DNA of 46,501 bases from an uncultured Marinobacter sp. (GCF_963974375.1 NZ_CAXBDN010000001.1:1-46501), one strand, 5' to 3'. Shown: positions 28,197 to 39,047, counted from the first letter of the stretch. Program-made: numbers and translations. Notes: a model not told the origin generated them from the sequence alone.

Positions 28197-30611
28197 ATGT
28201 TTGCTGCATTACAACGGCGCCTGACGATCTGGCGCGTCCACCCCTCGATGCGGTCGTTATTGTTGATGCTGGCCGCTCTGGTCGGTCTCTTTTTTTCCGG
28301 CATGCTGCTGCTTTCCGGCCTCAATCTGAATTACTCACAGCAAGCCCTGTCGGAACTTCGACGCAGCCAGATCGAGGAAGTTTTCACCACCGGCCTGACC
28401 CGTATACACGCCCGTCAGCAGATCCTCGAGCACTACACGGCCAGTCTCGCCACGATGGGCGAAAGCTTTCACCGGCTGGCGCAGGTGCAGCCATCCTCGG
28501 GCATCTCTGCAGCGACCTTGCGCCGGCAGCTGGAAGCGACGTTGCGGACTCAACTTGATGACTCCGACGGCGCCTCCGCTGCAGGACTCTGGTTCGAAAG
28601 CGGCGCCCTCAGCCCCCGCCCCTATACCGTTTACTTCATCAGGCCCGACAATGGCGACGCGCTTGAGGCCGCTGAACCGGCCGGCGCAGATGGCGGCTTC
28701 CGCAACAGCATCTGGTATCAGCGCACCCTGGGCGAAAACTGGCAACCATCGCGTCACCAGCCGGGCACCGTCTACTGGTCACCGGTTTACTTCGATCTGT
28801 CCACCAACCGCGCCGTTCTGACCCTGGCCAGTCCGATGTTCGGCGAAGACGGCCACCTGATCGGCATGGCAACAACCGCCTGGACATCGCAACAGATCAT
28901 TGACCTGATAAGCCGCATGACCGTTACGGAAAACAGTTTTTCCTTCCTCAACGACCGCAACAACCGCAATCTGTCGAGCCTGAGTCAGGGCGAGGACAGC
29001 CTTCGGGAACAACGGATCATTGACGCCATTCTGGCGGAGAATCTTGGCGCGCAGCTAGCGGCGCAGACAGCACCTTCTGGCGCTGGCTTTTTGGGGGCGA
29101 TTCAGCAACTGCAACACCGGACTCTGGAACTGGACGGTGAAGGCTATGAGCTCTATTACGCCATTACCCCCGCAGGCATGGTCTATGGCAGCGGCGTGCC
29201 CACCAGCGAGATTGATCAGGTACTGGTTCCGATGCGAGATGCCAACCTGAGGATCCTGTTGCTGACCGGAGCCGTGCTGTTGATCCTCAGCCTGTTTCTG
29301 CTCTACCGGATTATCATGATGGCCCGTGAGCTGCAGGCGTCCTACACCGACGCCCTGACCGGCCTGCCCAACCGGTCACGGTTGTTGAGGGATCTCGAGC
29401 AGAGCACCAGCCGCTTTCTTATCATTCTCAACGTAGACCGGTTCAAGGAAATCAACAGCCTGTTCGGCAACCGCTGTGGCGATGAAGTCCTGACCACCCT
29501 CGCCCGGCAGTTACGCAGCTACGTCGCCTCAGCAGCGGAGCTGGAACGGGCCAGAATCTATCGCCTGCCGGGTGATGAATTCAGCATTCTGGTGCCACTC
29601 GGACCCGACGACCACGTCTCCGGCATTGACCAGCTGGCCAGACACCTGGTCGCAACACTAGGTGCCCTTGAGGTTAACTGGCAGCAGCAGGCACTCAATG
29701 TGAGCATCAGTGCGGGGATTGCCCGGCAATACGCCGGCGACCAGGCGGGCAGTGCCGAACATTTGCTGAGCCAGGCCAAAGTGGCGTTGCTTCAGGCCCG
29801 GGAACAACAACGTCACTACCTGATTTACAACCCTGACCAAAAGGTTGAAGAAAATTACGAGCAGAACCTGGTCTGGGCGAGGCGCCTTAAAGAAGCGGTG
29901 GAGCAGGATCGTATTGTGCCGTGGTTTCAGCCCATATATGACAACACCAGCAAGCGCATCACCAAGTACGAATGCCTGGCACGAATGATCGGTGATGACG
30001 GCGAGGTCATCAGTGCCGGGCAATTTCTGGACATCGCCGACAAACTTCGCCTGAACCGGCAGATTACCCGGATCATGATCGAAAAATCCTTCGCCCGGTT
30101 TCATCACCAGCCCTTCGATTTCTCCATCAACCTGTCCTATTCGGATCTCACCGATCCGGACATTCTCAGACTGGTACACGACAAGCTCGTAAACACCGGC
30201 ATTGGCCATCGGGTGGTCTTCGAGATACTTGAATCCGACGGTATCGGGAATTACGACGCGGTGCTGACCTTCATTGATATGGTCAAACCCTTTGGCTGCC
30301 GGATGGCGATCGATGACTTTGGTACCGGCTACTCCAACTTTGCCCACCTGCTGAGGCTCAAGGTGGACATCATCAAGATCGATGGCAGCCTGATCCAGCA
30401 TCTGGGCGAAGACCAGACCACCTACCGGGTCACCAGTGGCATTGTCCAGTTTGCCACCAGCCTTGGCATTCAGACCGTCGCCGAGTTCGTGCACAACCGC
30501 AACGTCCAGGCCCGGGTTCTGGAACTGGGCATCGACTTTTCCCAGGGTGCCTGGCTGCAGATGCCAGGACCGGATATTGATACGCCGCAGCATCCGCAGA
30601 TCACTACCTGA
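28197..30611 (+). CDS. Membrane Cache-like sensor with degenerate GGDEF and EAL phosphodiesterase
   Basis: Two TMs flank a WYQ..YWSPVYFD Cache-like region. TDALTGLPNR, PGDEF, ECLAR and DDFGTGYSNF. Confidence 0.88.
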   Translation: MFAALQRRLTIWRVHPSMRSLLLMLAALVGLFFSGMLLLSGLNLNYSQQALSELRRSQIEEVFTTGLTRIHARQQILEHYTASLATMGESFHRLAQVQPSSGISAATLRRQLEATLRTQLDDSDGASAAGLWFESGALSPRPYTVYFIRPDNGDALEAAEPAGADGGFRNSIWYQRTLGENWQPSRHQPGTVYWSPVYFDLSTNRAVLTLASPMFGEDGHLIGMATTAWTSQQIIDLISRMTVTENSFSFLNDRNNRNLSSLSQGEDSLREQRIIDAILAENLGAQLAAQTAPSGAGFLGAIQQLQHRTLELDGEGYELYYAITPAGMVYGSGVPTSEIDQVLVPMRDANLRILLLTGAVLLILSLFLLYRIIMMARELQASYTDALTGLPNRSRLLRDLEQSTSRFLIILNVDRFKEINSLFGNRCGDEVLTTLARQLRSYVASAAELERARIYRLPGDEFSILVPLGPDDHVSGIDQLARHLVATLGALEVNWQQQALNVSISAGIARQYAGDQAGSAEHLLSQAKVALLQAREQQRHYLIYNPDQKVEENYEQNLVWARRLKEAVEQDRIVPWFQPIYDNTSKRITKYECLARMIGDDGEVISAGQFLDIADKLRLNRQITRIMIEKSFARFHHQPFDFSINLSYSDLTDPDILRLVHDKLVNTGIGHRVVFEILESDGIGNYDAVLTFIDMVKPFGCRMAIDDFGTGYSNFAHLLRLKVDIIKIDGSLIQHLGEDQTTYRVTSGIVQFATSLGIQTVAEFVHNRNVQARVLELGIDFSQGAWLQMPGPDIDTPQHPQITT

Positions 30612-30629
30612 CATCCGGCCTGCCGGGCC

Positions 30630-31427
30630 TTACTCCGCCAGCGGTTCCAGCTCCACCGACTCACCAGCAAGCACCCGGTACAGGTCTTCAAACTGACGGG
30701 TCAACGGGTGTTTGGGCGCCATGTGAATCAGTGGCTGCCGGCTCTGGTGGGATTCTTTCATCTTTACCGAACTGGACAGCCGCACTGGCAATACCGGCAA
30801 ACCCTCATCCATCAGCTCCCTAAGCAACTGCTTCGGCAGACTGGCCCGGGGCTGGAACTGGTTGGCGATGATGCCTTCCACTACCAGATCCGGGTTGTGG
30901 TCTTCCTGCAGATCGCGGATCTCGTTGAGAATGTTGTACAGGGCCTGACGGGAAAAATCGTCGCAATCAAAGGGTATCAGACACCTTTCTGCTGCAATAA
31001 GTGCCGAACGTGCGTAAAAGTTCAGAGAGGGTGCAGTGTCGATGTAGATCTCTTCAAACTCCTCGCCGAGCTTCTTCAGGGCCTCCCGGAGCTTGTAGAT
31101 CTTGTGTTTGGCCTCCAGTTTGCGCTCAAGAAATTCCAGTTCGGGACTGGCGGGCAGCACGTACAGGTTCTCCCAGGCGGTACCGTGGACAAATTCGTCC
31201 GGGCGACGATTGAAGACCGAGAATCCGACGGTCTGCTCCAGCAGGTCCGCCACCGTATTCTTCAGCTCGGAGGCAGGCTGACCCAGCAGGTAATGACTGG
31301 AGTTACCCTGCGGATCCAGATCCACCACCAGGGTTCGCTTGCCTCTGGCAGCACTGATTGCGGCCAGATTGCAGGTAATGCTGGATTTGCCGACACCGCC
31401 TTTCTGGTTGAACACCACACGCCTCAT
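30630..31427 (-). CDS. ParA family ATPase (orphan)
   Basis: NQKGGVGKS deviant Walker A, VDLDPQGN and IDTAP. Confidence 0.9.
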   Translation of the reverse strand: MRRVVFNQKGGVGKSSITCNLAAISAARGKRTLVVDLDPQGNSSHYLLGQPASELKNTVADLLEQTVGFSVFNRRPDEFVHGTAWENLYVLPASPELEFLERKLEAKHKIYKLREALKKLGEEFEEIYIDTAPSLNFYARSALIAAERCLIPFDCDDFSRQALYNILNEIRDLQEDHNPDLVVEGIIANQFQPRASLPKQLLRELMDEGLPVLPVRLSSSVKMKESHQSRQPLIHMAPKHPLTRQFEDLYRVLAGESVELEPLAE

Positions 31428-31563
31428 CGCACACCTCCATGGTGTTGGTCTGTCGTCGACATCCTGCGTGGATACAGCCGACTCCGGTTGGTGAATATCA
31501 CGTTGCGCTCTTCCCGCTTTATCTTCAAGTAACCATTCCGGTGCTCACTGCCGCCAGTCACCC

Positions 31564-32016
31564 TCAGACCCAGAACCAGAGCGTCAGAACCAGCAGCAAA
31601 AGGCCGACAATCAGCGCCATAGCCCCCCAAGGGAACGCTGGCGGGCTCTCTTCTTCGAGCTGCGCTTCGAGATAATTACGTAACATCCGGGTATTGCGGG
31701 TGTTGGCCTTGAACACTGCGTCGAAGGCATCTCCGAAAACCGGCAGCAGACCACCCACAAACTCGATGACCATGTTGCGGATCATGCGGGCTTTCACCCG
31801 CTTGCTGGCACCGGCCCGCTGGGCTTCCAGCAGCACGTAGAGCGACAGTATCAGACCCGCGAGATCGCCGATCACCGGAATCAGGCCGATCACCGGACTC
31901 AGGCCGAAGGTAATTCGGGTAAATGGAATCCGGATGTTGCTGTCAGTGTAATAGCTGAATCGGTCCAGCCGCGCCAGGATGGCGTGGTACTGCTCTCGGG
32001 ATAGTCGTTTTGCCAT
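31564..32016 (-). CDS. DUF4112 membrane protein
   Basis: RIPFTRITFGL..IGLIPVIGD..GLLPVFGDAFDAVFKANTRN. Start set at ATG 32016 after GGAG. Confidence 0.85.
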   Translation of the reverse strand: MAKRLSREQYHAILARLDRFSYYTDSNIRIPFTRITFGLSPVIGLIPVIGDLAGLILSLYVLLEAQRAGASKRVKARMIRNMVIEFVGGLLPVFGDAFDAVFKANTRNTRMLRNYLEAQLEEESPPAFPWGAMALIVGLLLLVLTLWFWV

Positions 32017-32140
32017 TGCAGGGTCTCCGCCCGGATTCATTGATCGCCGGCCGGCCGCTGCCGGCACCATCCTTTTCGTGCTCTGATTCAGAGTATACTG
32101 ACCACCATTCAAATACACGAAGATGGAGCCCTGTGGCCTT

Positions 32141-32782
32141 ATGAAATTCCGCATCATCCCGGTAACCCCCTACCAGCAGAACTGCACCCTGATGTGGTGC
32201 GAGGAAACCCTTGAAGGCGCGGTGATTGATCCGGGTGGCAACATTGAACGCATCCTGGCCGCGGTTGAGGAGGAAGGGATCGTCATCAGGAAGATACTGC
32301 TGACTCACGCCCATCTGGACCACGCCGGTGCAGTGGCAGTCCTGGCCAGAGAGCTTGGACTGACCGTGGAAGGCCCGCAAAAGGAAGACCTGTTCTGGAT
32401 CGAAGGCCTGCCCATGCAAAGCCAGCGTGCAGGTTTCGCCCACGCCGAGAGCTTCACTCCGGACCGGTGGCTGGAAGATGGCGACACGGTGAGTTTTGGC
32501 AAGGTGGAACTGCAGGTGCTGCACTGCCCGGGTCATACCCCCGGGCACGTGGTGTTTTACCATCCGCAGAGCCAGCTGGCCCAGGTAGGGGACGTACTGT
32601 TCGCCGGATCCATTGGTCGCACCGACTTCCCCAGGGGCGATTACAACACCCTGATCCACTCGATCCGGGACAAGCTGTTCCCGTTGGGCGACGATGTCCG
32701 CTTCATACCGGGCCATGGCCCCATGTCCACCTTCGGCCAGGAGCGGGCCACCAATCCTTTCGTATCAGATCATCGGGGTTAG
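32141..32782 (+). CDS. gloC: MBL-fold metallo-hydrolase (YcbL/GloC glyoxalase II-like)
   Basis: IPVTPYQQNC, THAHLDH, PGHTPGH, GDVLFAGSIGRTDFP and PGHG. Confidence 0.82.
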   Translation: MKFRIIPVTPYQQNCTLMWCEETLEGAVIDPGGNIERILAAVEEEGIVIRKILLTHAHLDHAGAVAVLARELGLTVEGPQKEDLFWIEGLPMQSQRAGFAHAESFTPDRWLEDGDTVSFGKVELQVLHCPGHTPGHVVFYHPQSQLAQVGDVLFAGSIGRTDFPRGDYNTLIHSIRDKLFPLGDDVRFIPGHGPMSTFGQERATNPFVSDHRG

Positions 32783-33945
32783 TCCCGCTCCGCAGACTCC
32801 CGGATATCAATCACCACCGTCACCATCATTCCTGGCCCCAGTAATTCGGTGGGGCCGTCATCCAGCGAGATTCGTACCGGCAGTCGCTGGGTAATCTTGG
32901 TGAAATTGCCGGACGGATTCGGGTTTGGCAGCAAGGCAAACTGACTGGTGGCGGCACGGCCGATAACCTGAACCGTTCCCGTGAACTCCTCTTCAGGATA
33001 GGCGTCAACCCTGACCCGAACCGGTTGGCCGGCGCGCAGCTCCCCGATACGGGTCTCCTTGATTTTGGCCTCAACCCACAGGTCATCCGCCGTATGCATC
33101 ATCAGAATAGGCTGGCCCGCCGACAGATATTCCCCGGCCTCTACGAATATCCGGTTCACAACCCCGTTGCGGGGACTGCGAATGATCATATCGTCCAGGT
33201 ACTGGCGCTGCTGCTTCAGATCAGCACGGGCCTCCTCCAGATCCTGCAGGGTGACATCCAGCCGAGCCCTCAGCATTTCCGGATTGGGCAGCGTCATCTG
33301 TGATGTCGCCACACCCAGGCGGGCATTGGCCAGTGCCGTGCGGCGTACCAGCACCTGCTGCCGGGCCTGCTCGACTCTGGCCAGAGCAGACTGATAGGCA
33401 AAGTAATCGCGATCCCGCTCCTGGCCAGGCAATGTTCCGCTTTCAAACAGCCGCTGGGAGCGCTTCCAGGTACGCTCAGCATCCTCCAGATCGGTTTCCG
33501 CTACCCGCAGCGCTGCCAGATCCGTTGCCAGTTCGCCCTCGGAGACCTGAACTCCACCCTCAAGCTGACTCACGGACAGAGCAATCTGCTGCTCCTCAAA
33601 AGCCACCTGAGCCTGCATTCTGGCGACCCTTGACTGACGTTTGTCGAGCTCCAGTTCGTCGGGTGCACTGTAAAGCCGGGCAATCAGGCTGCCCTCATCC
33701 AGCTGATCACCTTCGGTGACGACAAATTCCTGGATCAGCCCCGGCAGCCGACTGCTGACGGTGACCAGATTGGTGGTGATACTGGCGTTATCCTCGATAA
33801 CGTGGATCTGCCGGTAGTAGAACCAGCTGGCAAACCACCAGACGCAGCCCAGCAGAAGAACCGCCACCAGCAGCAGGCGCGCCAGGCGCCGGGGTGTAGA
33901 CCCGGTCGGTTTAGCGGAACTGACTTTGGTTTGTTCACTGCTCAT
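32779..33945 (-). CDS. HlyD/EmrA family membrane fusion protein
   Basis: N-terminal TM, coiled coil and FALLPNPNPSGNFTKITQRLPVRI EmrA signature. Confidence 0.9.
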   Translation of the reverse strand: MSSEQTKVSSAKPTGSTPRRLARLLLVAVLLLGCVWWFASWFYYRQIHVIEDNASITTNLVTVSSRLPGLIQEFVVTEGDQLDEGSLIARLYSAPDELELDKRQSRVARMQAQVAFEEQQIALSVSQLEGGVQVSEGELATDLAALRVAETDLEDAERTWKRSQRLFESGTLPGQERDRDYFAYQSALARVEQARQQVLVRRTALANARLGVATSQMTLPNPEMLRARLDVTLQDLEEARADLKQQRQYLDDMIIRSPRNGVVNRIFVEAGEYLSAGQPILMMHTADDLWVEAKIKETRIGELRAGQPVRVRVDAYPEEEFTGTVQVIGRAATSQFALLPNPNPSGNFTKITQRLPVRISLDDGPTELLGPGMMVTVVIDIRESAERD

Positions 33946-33963
33946 TGTCGATATCCCCGGTTT

Positions 33964-35523
33964 TCACTGTTTTTGTTGTACATTCATACTCCATCGGGTC
34001 AGCAGCCAGGACGGCACCAGAATGATGGTCAAGGCCGCCACCACTACCCAGAAACCATCCTGATAGGCGTAGATGGACGCCCAGAAAACCTCCATCCGCC
34101 CCACCAGTTCCGAGGCTGCAAATGCCTGCTGGCTTTCACTGGTACCCAGTCGTCCGGCCACTCCCTGCAGCTGCGATAGCGTTGACATCGCTACGCTGTT
34201 ACCCGGCGTCAGGCCATCAGCCAGATGATCACTGTGAAACGCCGTACGACGCTCCATCAGCAGCACCAGGGCGGCGGTACCCAGGGCGCCACCCAGCTGC
34301 AAAACAAAATTGATCACCCCCGAGCCATAACCGATCAGCGCTATCGGCAATGAACCTATGGCCCGGGCGAAGGTAGGCGGCGGGAAGGTAGCCATACCCG
34401 CGGACATCAGCGTCAGCGACCAGGCCAGGGAAGCGAACGATGTGCCATCATCAATATGGGCAAACCGGTAAACGGCGTAAATCGCAAAGCCCAGACCCGG
34501 TATGGTCAGGTAATGGGGCGGCCAGCGGTCGCTCAGCTTTCCCACCACCGGCACCAGCAGTGCCAGCACAATGGTAGACGGCAGGAACATCATACCGGCG
34601 GTGATCGGGTCGTAGCTCAGAATGGTCTGCACGAACAACGGCAGCAGATACATGATGGCGTAAAAGGCGCCGCCAAACAGGAAGATCGACGAGCAACCCG
34701 CCATGAAACCCTTGTACCGGAAGATCGACAGATCCAACAAGGGCTTGTCGACCCGTTGCTCCCAGCTGATAAAAATCACCGATAACACCAGGGTCAGCAG
34801 CAACAGGCCCTGCACGCCTTCACTTTGCCAGCCCCAGCGCGGGGTATTGGAAATTGCCGCCAGCAGGGAAAAAATCGCCGCAAACAACGTAACCGCGCCA
34901 AGCCAGTCAAAGGGTGGCCGCGGGCCATCGGTCATACGACCCGGCAGGAAAAAATACCCCATCACCATGGCAACCAGGCAAACCGGCAATACCACAAAAA
35001 ACACATAGTGCCAGGACAGAGTCTCCACCAGCCAGCCACCCACCACCGTAGCCAGGGTCAGCGGCAAACCCAGGCTCATTCCGTATATGGCCGTGGCCAG
35101 ACCCCGCTGCTGTATCGGAAACACCGAATACAGCGCCTCCATCGCCAGCGGCCGCAGCAACCCGGTCATGGCCCCCTGCACCACCCGGGCGGTCACAATT
35201 GCGCCGAGACTGGTAGCAAAGCCGCCCAGCAACGAAGCCCCGATGAACACCGCCAGCAAACCCAGATAGGTCGCCCGCTGGCCAAATGCCTGGGACAGCC
35301 AGGGTGCGACCAGCAATGCAACCGTCGTTGCCGCCAGGAATCCGGTGGAAATCCACTGCACCTCGGCGTCGCTGATGCCAAGCGAGCCCTTGATGTGAGG
35401 GGTTGCCACATTGACGATGGTGATGGACATCCCGAGCGCCACCAGTCCCAACAATACCGTGACGGTGACCAGCCACTTATAGTTGGGACCGTAACGCTGG
35501 AACATCATGTCCAATGGAGACAT
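33964..35523 (-). CDS. DHA2/EmrB family MFS efflux permease
   Basis: About 14 TMs. ITIVNVA.PHI, QWISTGFL, ARVVQG, PFDWLG and PLLDLSIFR. Confidence 0.9.
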   Translation of the reverse strand: MSPLDMMFQRYGPNYKWLVTVTVLLGLVALGMSITIVNVATPHIKGSLGISDAEVQWISTGFLAATTVALLVAPWLSQAFGQRATYLGLLAVFIGASLLGGFATSLGAIVTARVVQGAMTGLLRPLAMEALYSVFPIQQRGLATAIYGMSLGLPLTLATVVGGWLVETLSWHYVFFVVLPVCLVAMVMGYFFLPGRMTDGPRPPFDWLGAVTLFAAIFSLLAAISNTPRWGWQSEGVQGLLLLTLVLSVIFISWEQRVDKPLLDLSIFRYKGFMAGCSSIFLFGGAFYAIMYLLPLFVQTILSYDPITAGMMFLPSTIVLALLVPVVGKLSDRWPPHYLTIPGLGFAIYAVYRFAHIDDGTSFASLAWSLTLMSAGMATFPPPTFARAIGSLPIALIGYGSGVINFVLQLGGALGTAALVLLMERRTAFHSDHLADGLTPGNSVAMSTLSQLQGVAGRLGTSESQQAFAASELVGRMEVFWASIYAYQDGFWVVVAALTIILVPSWLLTRWSMNVQQKQ

Positions 35524-35641
35524 GGAACTCCCGGTCAGTGCCCGCTGGAGGTAGAAAAAGATTTGTTCGGCTAGAGTGTCTGAGGCTAATCAATGCCGCA
35601 GGCCCCCTCGTCGTCTCTTTGGACGAATTTAGCATGCTTCC

Positions 35642-35668
35642 TAAATTTAGGCGATCAGCGGCCGATAA
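35642..35668 (+). promoter_or_regulatory. Sigma28 (FliA) promoter of the MCP
   Basis: TAAA-N15-GCCGATAA, an exact consensus match. Confidence 0.8.
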
Positions 35669-35822
35669 AGACTACAGACAAGAGTGGAAGGGTGCTCGCA
35701 AGAGATGCCAGGTACATGATCCGGATCAGGAAACCACCTGTTACAAAGCCCTACCATAAACCAACATCACTGCGCTGGCCTTTGATTATACTTGGCTGCA
35801 AAACGACAACAGGAGTACAGCT

Positions 35823-37460
35823 ATGCCGGTTGGCAAAAGCGTCGGCTTTCGAACAAAAATCGCCCTTCCATACATACTGACGGCGCTGGCCATTGTGGTT
35901 CTTGGTGCTCTTAGCGTGAACACCTCCCGCAACCTTGTCAGCGACACCGACTTTCTGGCGGAAAATCTGCTGCCCGCAGCCACTGAAATACTGAATGGTG
36001 ACCGCGATCTTTACCAGGCTCTGATCGCCCAGATGGCCTATGTCCAGGCCAGAGAGCGTAACCTGCGTCCCGAAGAACTCCGGGAAGAATTCAGGGAGAA
36101 CGTTGAGCAGGCCCGCCGGCGCATGGATTCTGCCCAGAGCCGGATCAGCAACCCGCAGATGGATCAGGAACTGGAAGGCTTCAGTGAAGCCTTTGATGCC
36201 TGGGAAACTTCTGCCACCAGTGTGCTTTATCAGGCTGAAATCGGCGATACCTATGGTGCCCGGGAAATCATGCTGGCCGACACCAATGACCTGTTTGACG
36301 CACTGCGGGATTATTATGCCCGGGCCGGCCTGTTTGCCGAAGGCCAGGCCGCGGATCGCGCCGCTGAAGCCTCCGCGGAAGGTCAGCAAAGCGCCTTCAT
36401 GATTCTGATCATCACGGTGCTGGTACTGATCGTCACTGCACTGATTTTCCTGGCCTCCATGCGCGTAGTGGTTGCCTCCATCCGCACCCTGCGAGACCAG
36501 CTCGATAACATTGCCCAGGGTGAGGGAGACCTGACCCAGCGAATTCCGGTTACCAGCAACGACGATCTGGGGCAACTGGCCGGATCCTTCAACCAGGTCC
36601 TGGCCAATCTGCAGACGATGATCCGCACTATCCAGGAACTGTCGTCCCAATTGGCCGGCGGTGCGAAGGATCTGGAACAGGCGGCGGGTGAGAACCGGGA
36701 TGGCGTGTCCCGTCAGACCGACTCCATCACCATGGTGGCGACCGCCATCAACGAGATGCAGAGTGCCATTGAAGAAGTGGCCGGCAACGCCTCCCAGGCC
36801 TCTGAGGTCTCCCGTAATGCAGAGGGCAATGCCGCCAAGGGTGCGGACATCGTTCGTCAGTCCGGCGGTCAGGTTCGCCGCCTGGCGGGCCAGATCAACC
36901 AGGGTGTCGAGGTGATTCGCAAACTGGCGGATGATTCCAGCAACATCACGTCAGTTCTTGACGTTATTCGGGGCATTGCCGAGCAGACCAACCTGCTGGC
37001 CCTGAACGCCGCCATCGAGGCAGCCCGTGCCGGTGAGCAGGGCCGCGGCTTTGCGGTAGTGGCCGACGAGGTGCGGACCCTGGCGAAACGTACCCAGCAG
37101 TCCACCGAGAACATTCAGGAAATGATTACCGCCCTGCAGAACGGCGTATCCGACGTGGTCTCGGTGATGGAGTCCAGCACCCTCGAAGCCAGCGCCACCG
37201 AGAAGACCGCCGCCGAAGCCGAGGGCGAACTGACCTCCATCCTGGATGCCATGACCAACATCAACGACCTGAACACCAGCGTCGCTTCGGCAACCGAGGA
37301 GCAGACCCAGGTGATTGATGAGATCAACCGCAGCATCACCCAGATCAATGATCTGGCCAATGAGAGCGCGGAACGTTCTTCCGGAATCGACGGTATCAGT
37401 AAATCCCTGGCGGATTATGCCCGCCAGCTGAGCGATCAGGCGGGCCGTTTCAAGGTCTGA
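35823..37460 (+). CDS. Methyl-accepting chemotaxis protein (TM - 4-helix bundle - TM - HAMP - signalling domain)
   Basis: Two TMs, HAMP ([19 protein letters not shown]) and [34 protein letters not shown]. Confidence 0.95.
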   Translation: MPVGKSVGFRTKIALPYILTALAIVVLGALSVNTSRNLVSDTDFLAENLLPAATEILNGDRDLYQALIAQMAYVQARERNLRPEELREEFRENVEQARRRMDSAQSRISNPQMDQELEGFSEAFDAWETSATSVLYQAEIGDTYGAREIMLADTNDLFDALRDYYARAGLFAEGQAADRAAEASAEGQQSAFMILIITVLVLIVTALIFLASMRVVVASIRTLRDQLDNIAQGEGDLTQRIPVTSNDDLGQLAGSFNQVLANLQTMIRTIQELSSQLAGGAKDLEQAAGENRDGVSRQTDSITMVATAINEMQSAIEEVAGNASQASEVSRNAEGNAAKGADIVRQSGGQVRRLAGQINQGVEVIRKLADDSSNITSVLDVIRGIAEQTNLLALNAAIEAARAGEQGRGFAVVADEVRTLAKRTQQSTENIQEMITALQNGVSDVVSVMESSTLEASATEKTAAEAEGELTSILDAMTNINDLNTSVASATEEQTQVIDEINRSITQINDLANESAERSSGIDGISKSLADYARQLSDQAGRFKV

Positions 37461-37519
37461 GAACCGACCGCAAAACGCTTGCTGCAAACCGATCAGGGCG
37501 CCCGGGCTATACCCGGGCG

Positions 37520-38902
37520 TCAGACCACCCGCACCAGCTCACCCCGTTCCCAACCCAGACGACCGGTTTCCACCACCTGCCGGCGAATACCCGGTACCGG
37601 GCGAATCATGAACAGATCGCCGTTGCGACCCAGCATGGACTTTCTGGCACCGGAGTTACGGGCCAGTTCTGCATGGACCCGCATGTGCTCGTCTTCACCG
37701 TGCACCGGAATCGCCAGATCCGGGCGCACCCAGTCGTACATGGCCCGCAACTCTTCGGACGCGGGATGACCGGAGGCGTGAATAGGCAGCTCGGCATCCT
37801 CTGCGGTGATCACCTCGACCCCCATGGTTTTCATGCGTGCAATCAGCCCCTCGATGGCCTCTTCATTTCCGGGAATGGCCCGGGCACTGAAAATCACCCG
37901 GTCGCCGGCTTCCAGTTCAAAATCCGGATGATTGCCGGCCGCCAGCCGGCGCAGGGCGGTGCGCGGCTCGCCCTGACTGCCGGTGGCCACCGCCAGCACT
38001 TCCCGTGGAGGCAGATACCCGAGGTGCGATGGCGTAATGATCTGATCTTCTGCATTCCACAGACCAACGGCGCGAGCCGCCTGATTCATGTTGATCAGCG
38101 ATCGCCCCAGCAAGCCCATATAGCGGCCGGTTTCGCGGGCGACCCTGGCAAGGCTGTGTAACCGGGCGATATTGCTGCCGAAACAGGTCACCACCACGCG
38201 GCCCTCGGCACCCCGGACAACCTTCAGTAAGCCTTTGTGCAGCGCGGCCTCAGAGACTGAGTGCCCATTGACGGTGGCGTTGGTGGAATCACACACCATG
38301 GCATTCATGCCTTCCTCCGCCAGGGCCTTGAAGGTAGCGGGTGAATAGCCGTGACCCACCAGCGGATCATCATCCAGCTTCCAGTCACCGCTGTGGAATA
38401 TCCGGCCTATGGGCGTGCGGATAACCAGCGCATTGGGATCCGGAATGGAGTGGGTCAGCGCCAACCACTGCACCTCGAACGGGCCGATCTGACGACGATC
38501 GCCGGTATCCACTACATGGATGGGCACCTGATCCAGCAGTTCGAACTCCGCCAGCTTGCGACGCAGGATCTCGGCAGTAAAACGACTGGTGTAAATCGGG
38601 CACTTCAGCAGTGGCCACAGGTAAGGCACGGCACCGATATGGTCCTCGTGGGCGTGGGTGATCACCAGGCCGGCCAGCTGCTCACGACGATCCGCAATAA
38701 AGGCCGGATCCGCCATCTGCACCGGTGGCTCGCCCCGGTGATGAACCGTGCCATCCGCCGACACCCGCCCCGGCTTCGGGAAAGTCACGCCACAATCAAC
38801 CATCAGCCACTGGCCGTCATGACCATAAAGGTTCAGGTTCATCCCGATTTCGCCGGTTCCGCCCAGAGGCAGAAACCACAGGTCGTGTTCGTCAGGGGTC
38901 AT
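37520..38902 (-). CDS. rnj: Ribonuclease J (MBL/beta-CASP), lacking the usual C-terminal domain
   Basis: LPLGGTGEIGMN, THAHEDHIG, THSIPD, SGDWK, CDSTN, TGSQGEP, HASGH and PVHGE. Start uncertain (38902, 38935 or 38944). Confidence 0.88.
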   Translation of the reverse strand: MTPDEHDLWFLPLGGTGEIGMNLNLYGHDGQWLMVDCGVTFPKPGRVSADGTVHHRGEPPVQMADPAFIADRREQLAGLVITHAHEDHIGAVPYLWPLLKCPIYTSRFTAEILRRKLAEFELLDQVPIHVVDTGDRRQIGPFEVQWLALTHSIPDPNALVIRTPIGRIFHSGDWKLDDDPLVGHGYSPATFKALAEEGMNAMVCDSTNATVNGHSVSEAALHKGLLKVVRGAEGRVVVTCFGSNIARLHSLARVARETGRYMGLLGRSLINMNQAARAVGLWNAEDQIITPSHLGYLPPREVLAVATGSQGEPRTALRRLAAGNHPDFELEAGDRVIFSARAIPGNEEAIEGLIARMKTMGVEVITAEDAELPIHASGHPASEELRAMYDWVRPDLAIPVHGEDEHMRVHAELARNSGARKSMLGRNGDLFMIRPVPGIRRQVVETGRLGWERGELVRVV

Positions 38903-38974
38903 GGCCGGTCCATTGCTCAGAGTGTTGGAGCGCATTGTAACCATTCAGGCCGGACAATAAATACTCAATGTCTG

Positions 38975-39008
38975 TTGTCACAGCCCGGTCACAGTCAGCT
39001 GACATGCT
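38975..39008 (+). promoter_or_regulatory. Pho box promoter of tatBC
   Basis: TTGTCAC-agcc-CGGTCAC (11-bp period), 10-bp spacer, then a CATGCT -10 preceded by TGn. Confidence 0.6.
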
Positions 39009-39047
39009 CGGAATCCCGGTAACCGGCAACAGGGAGACACAAGGATC

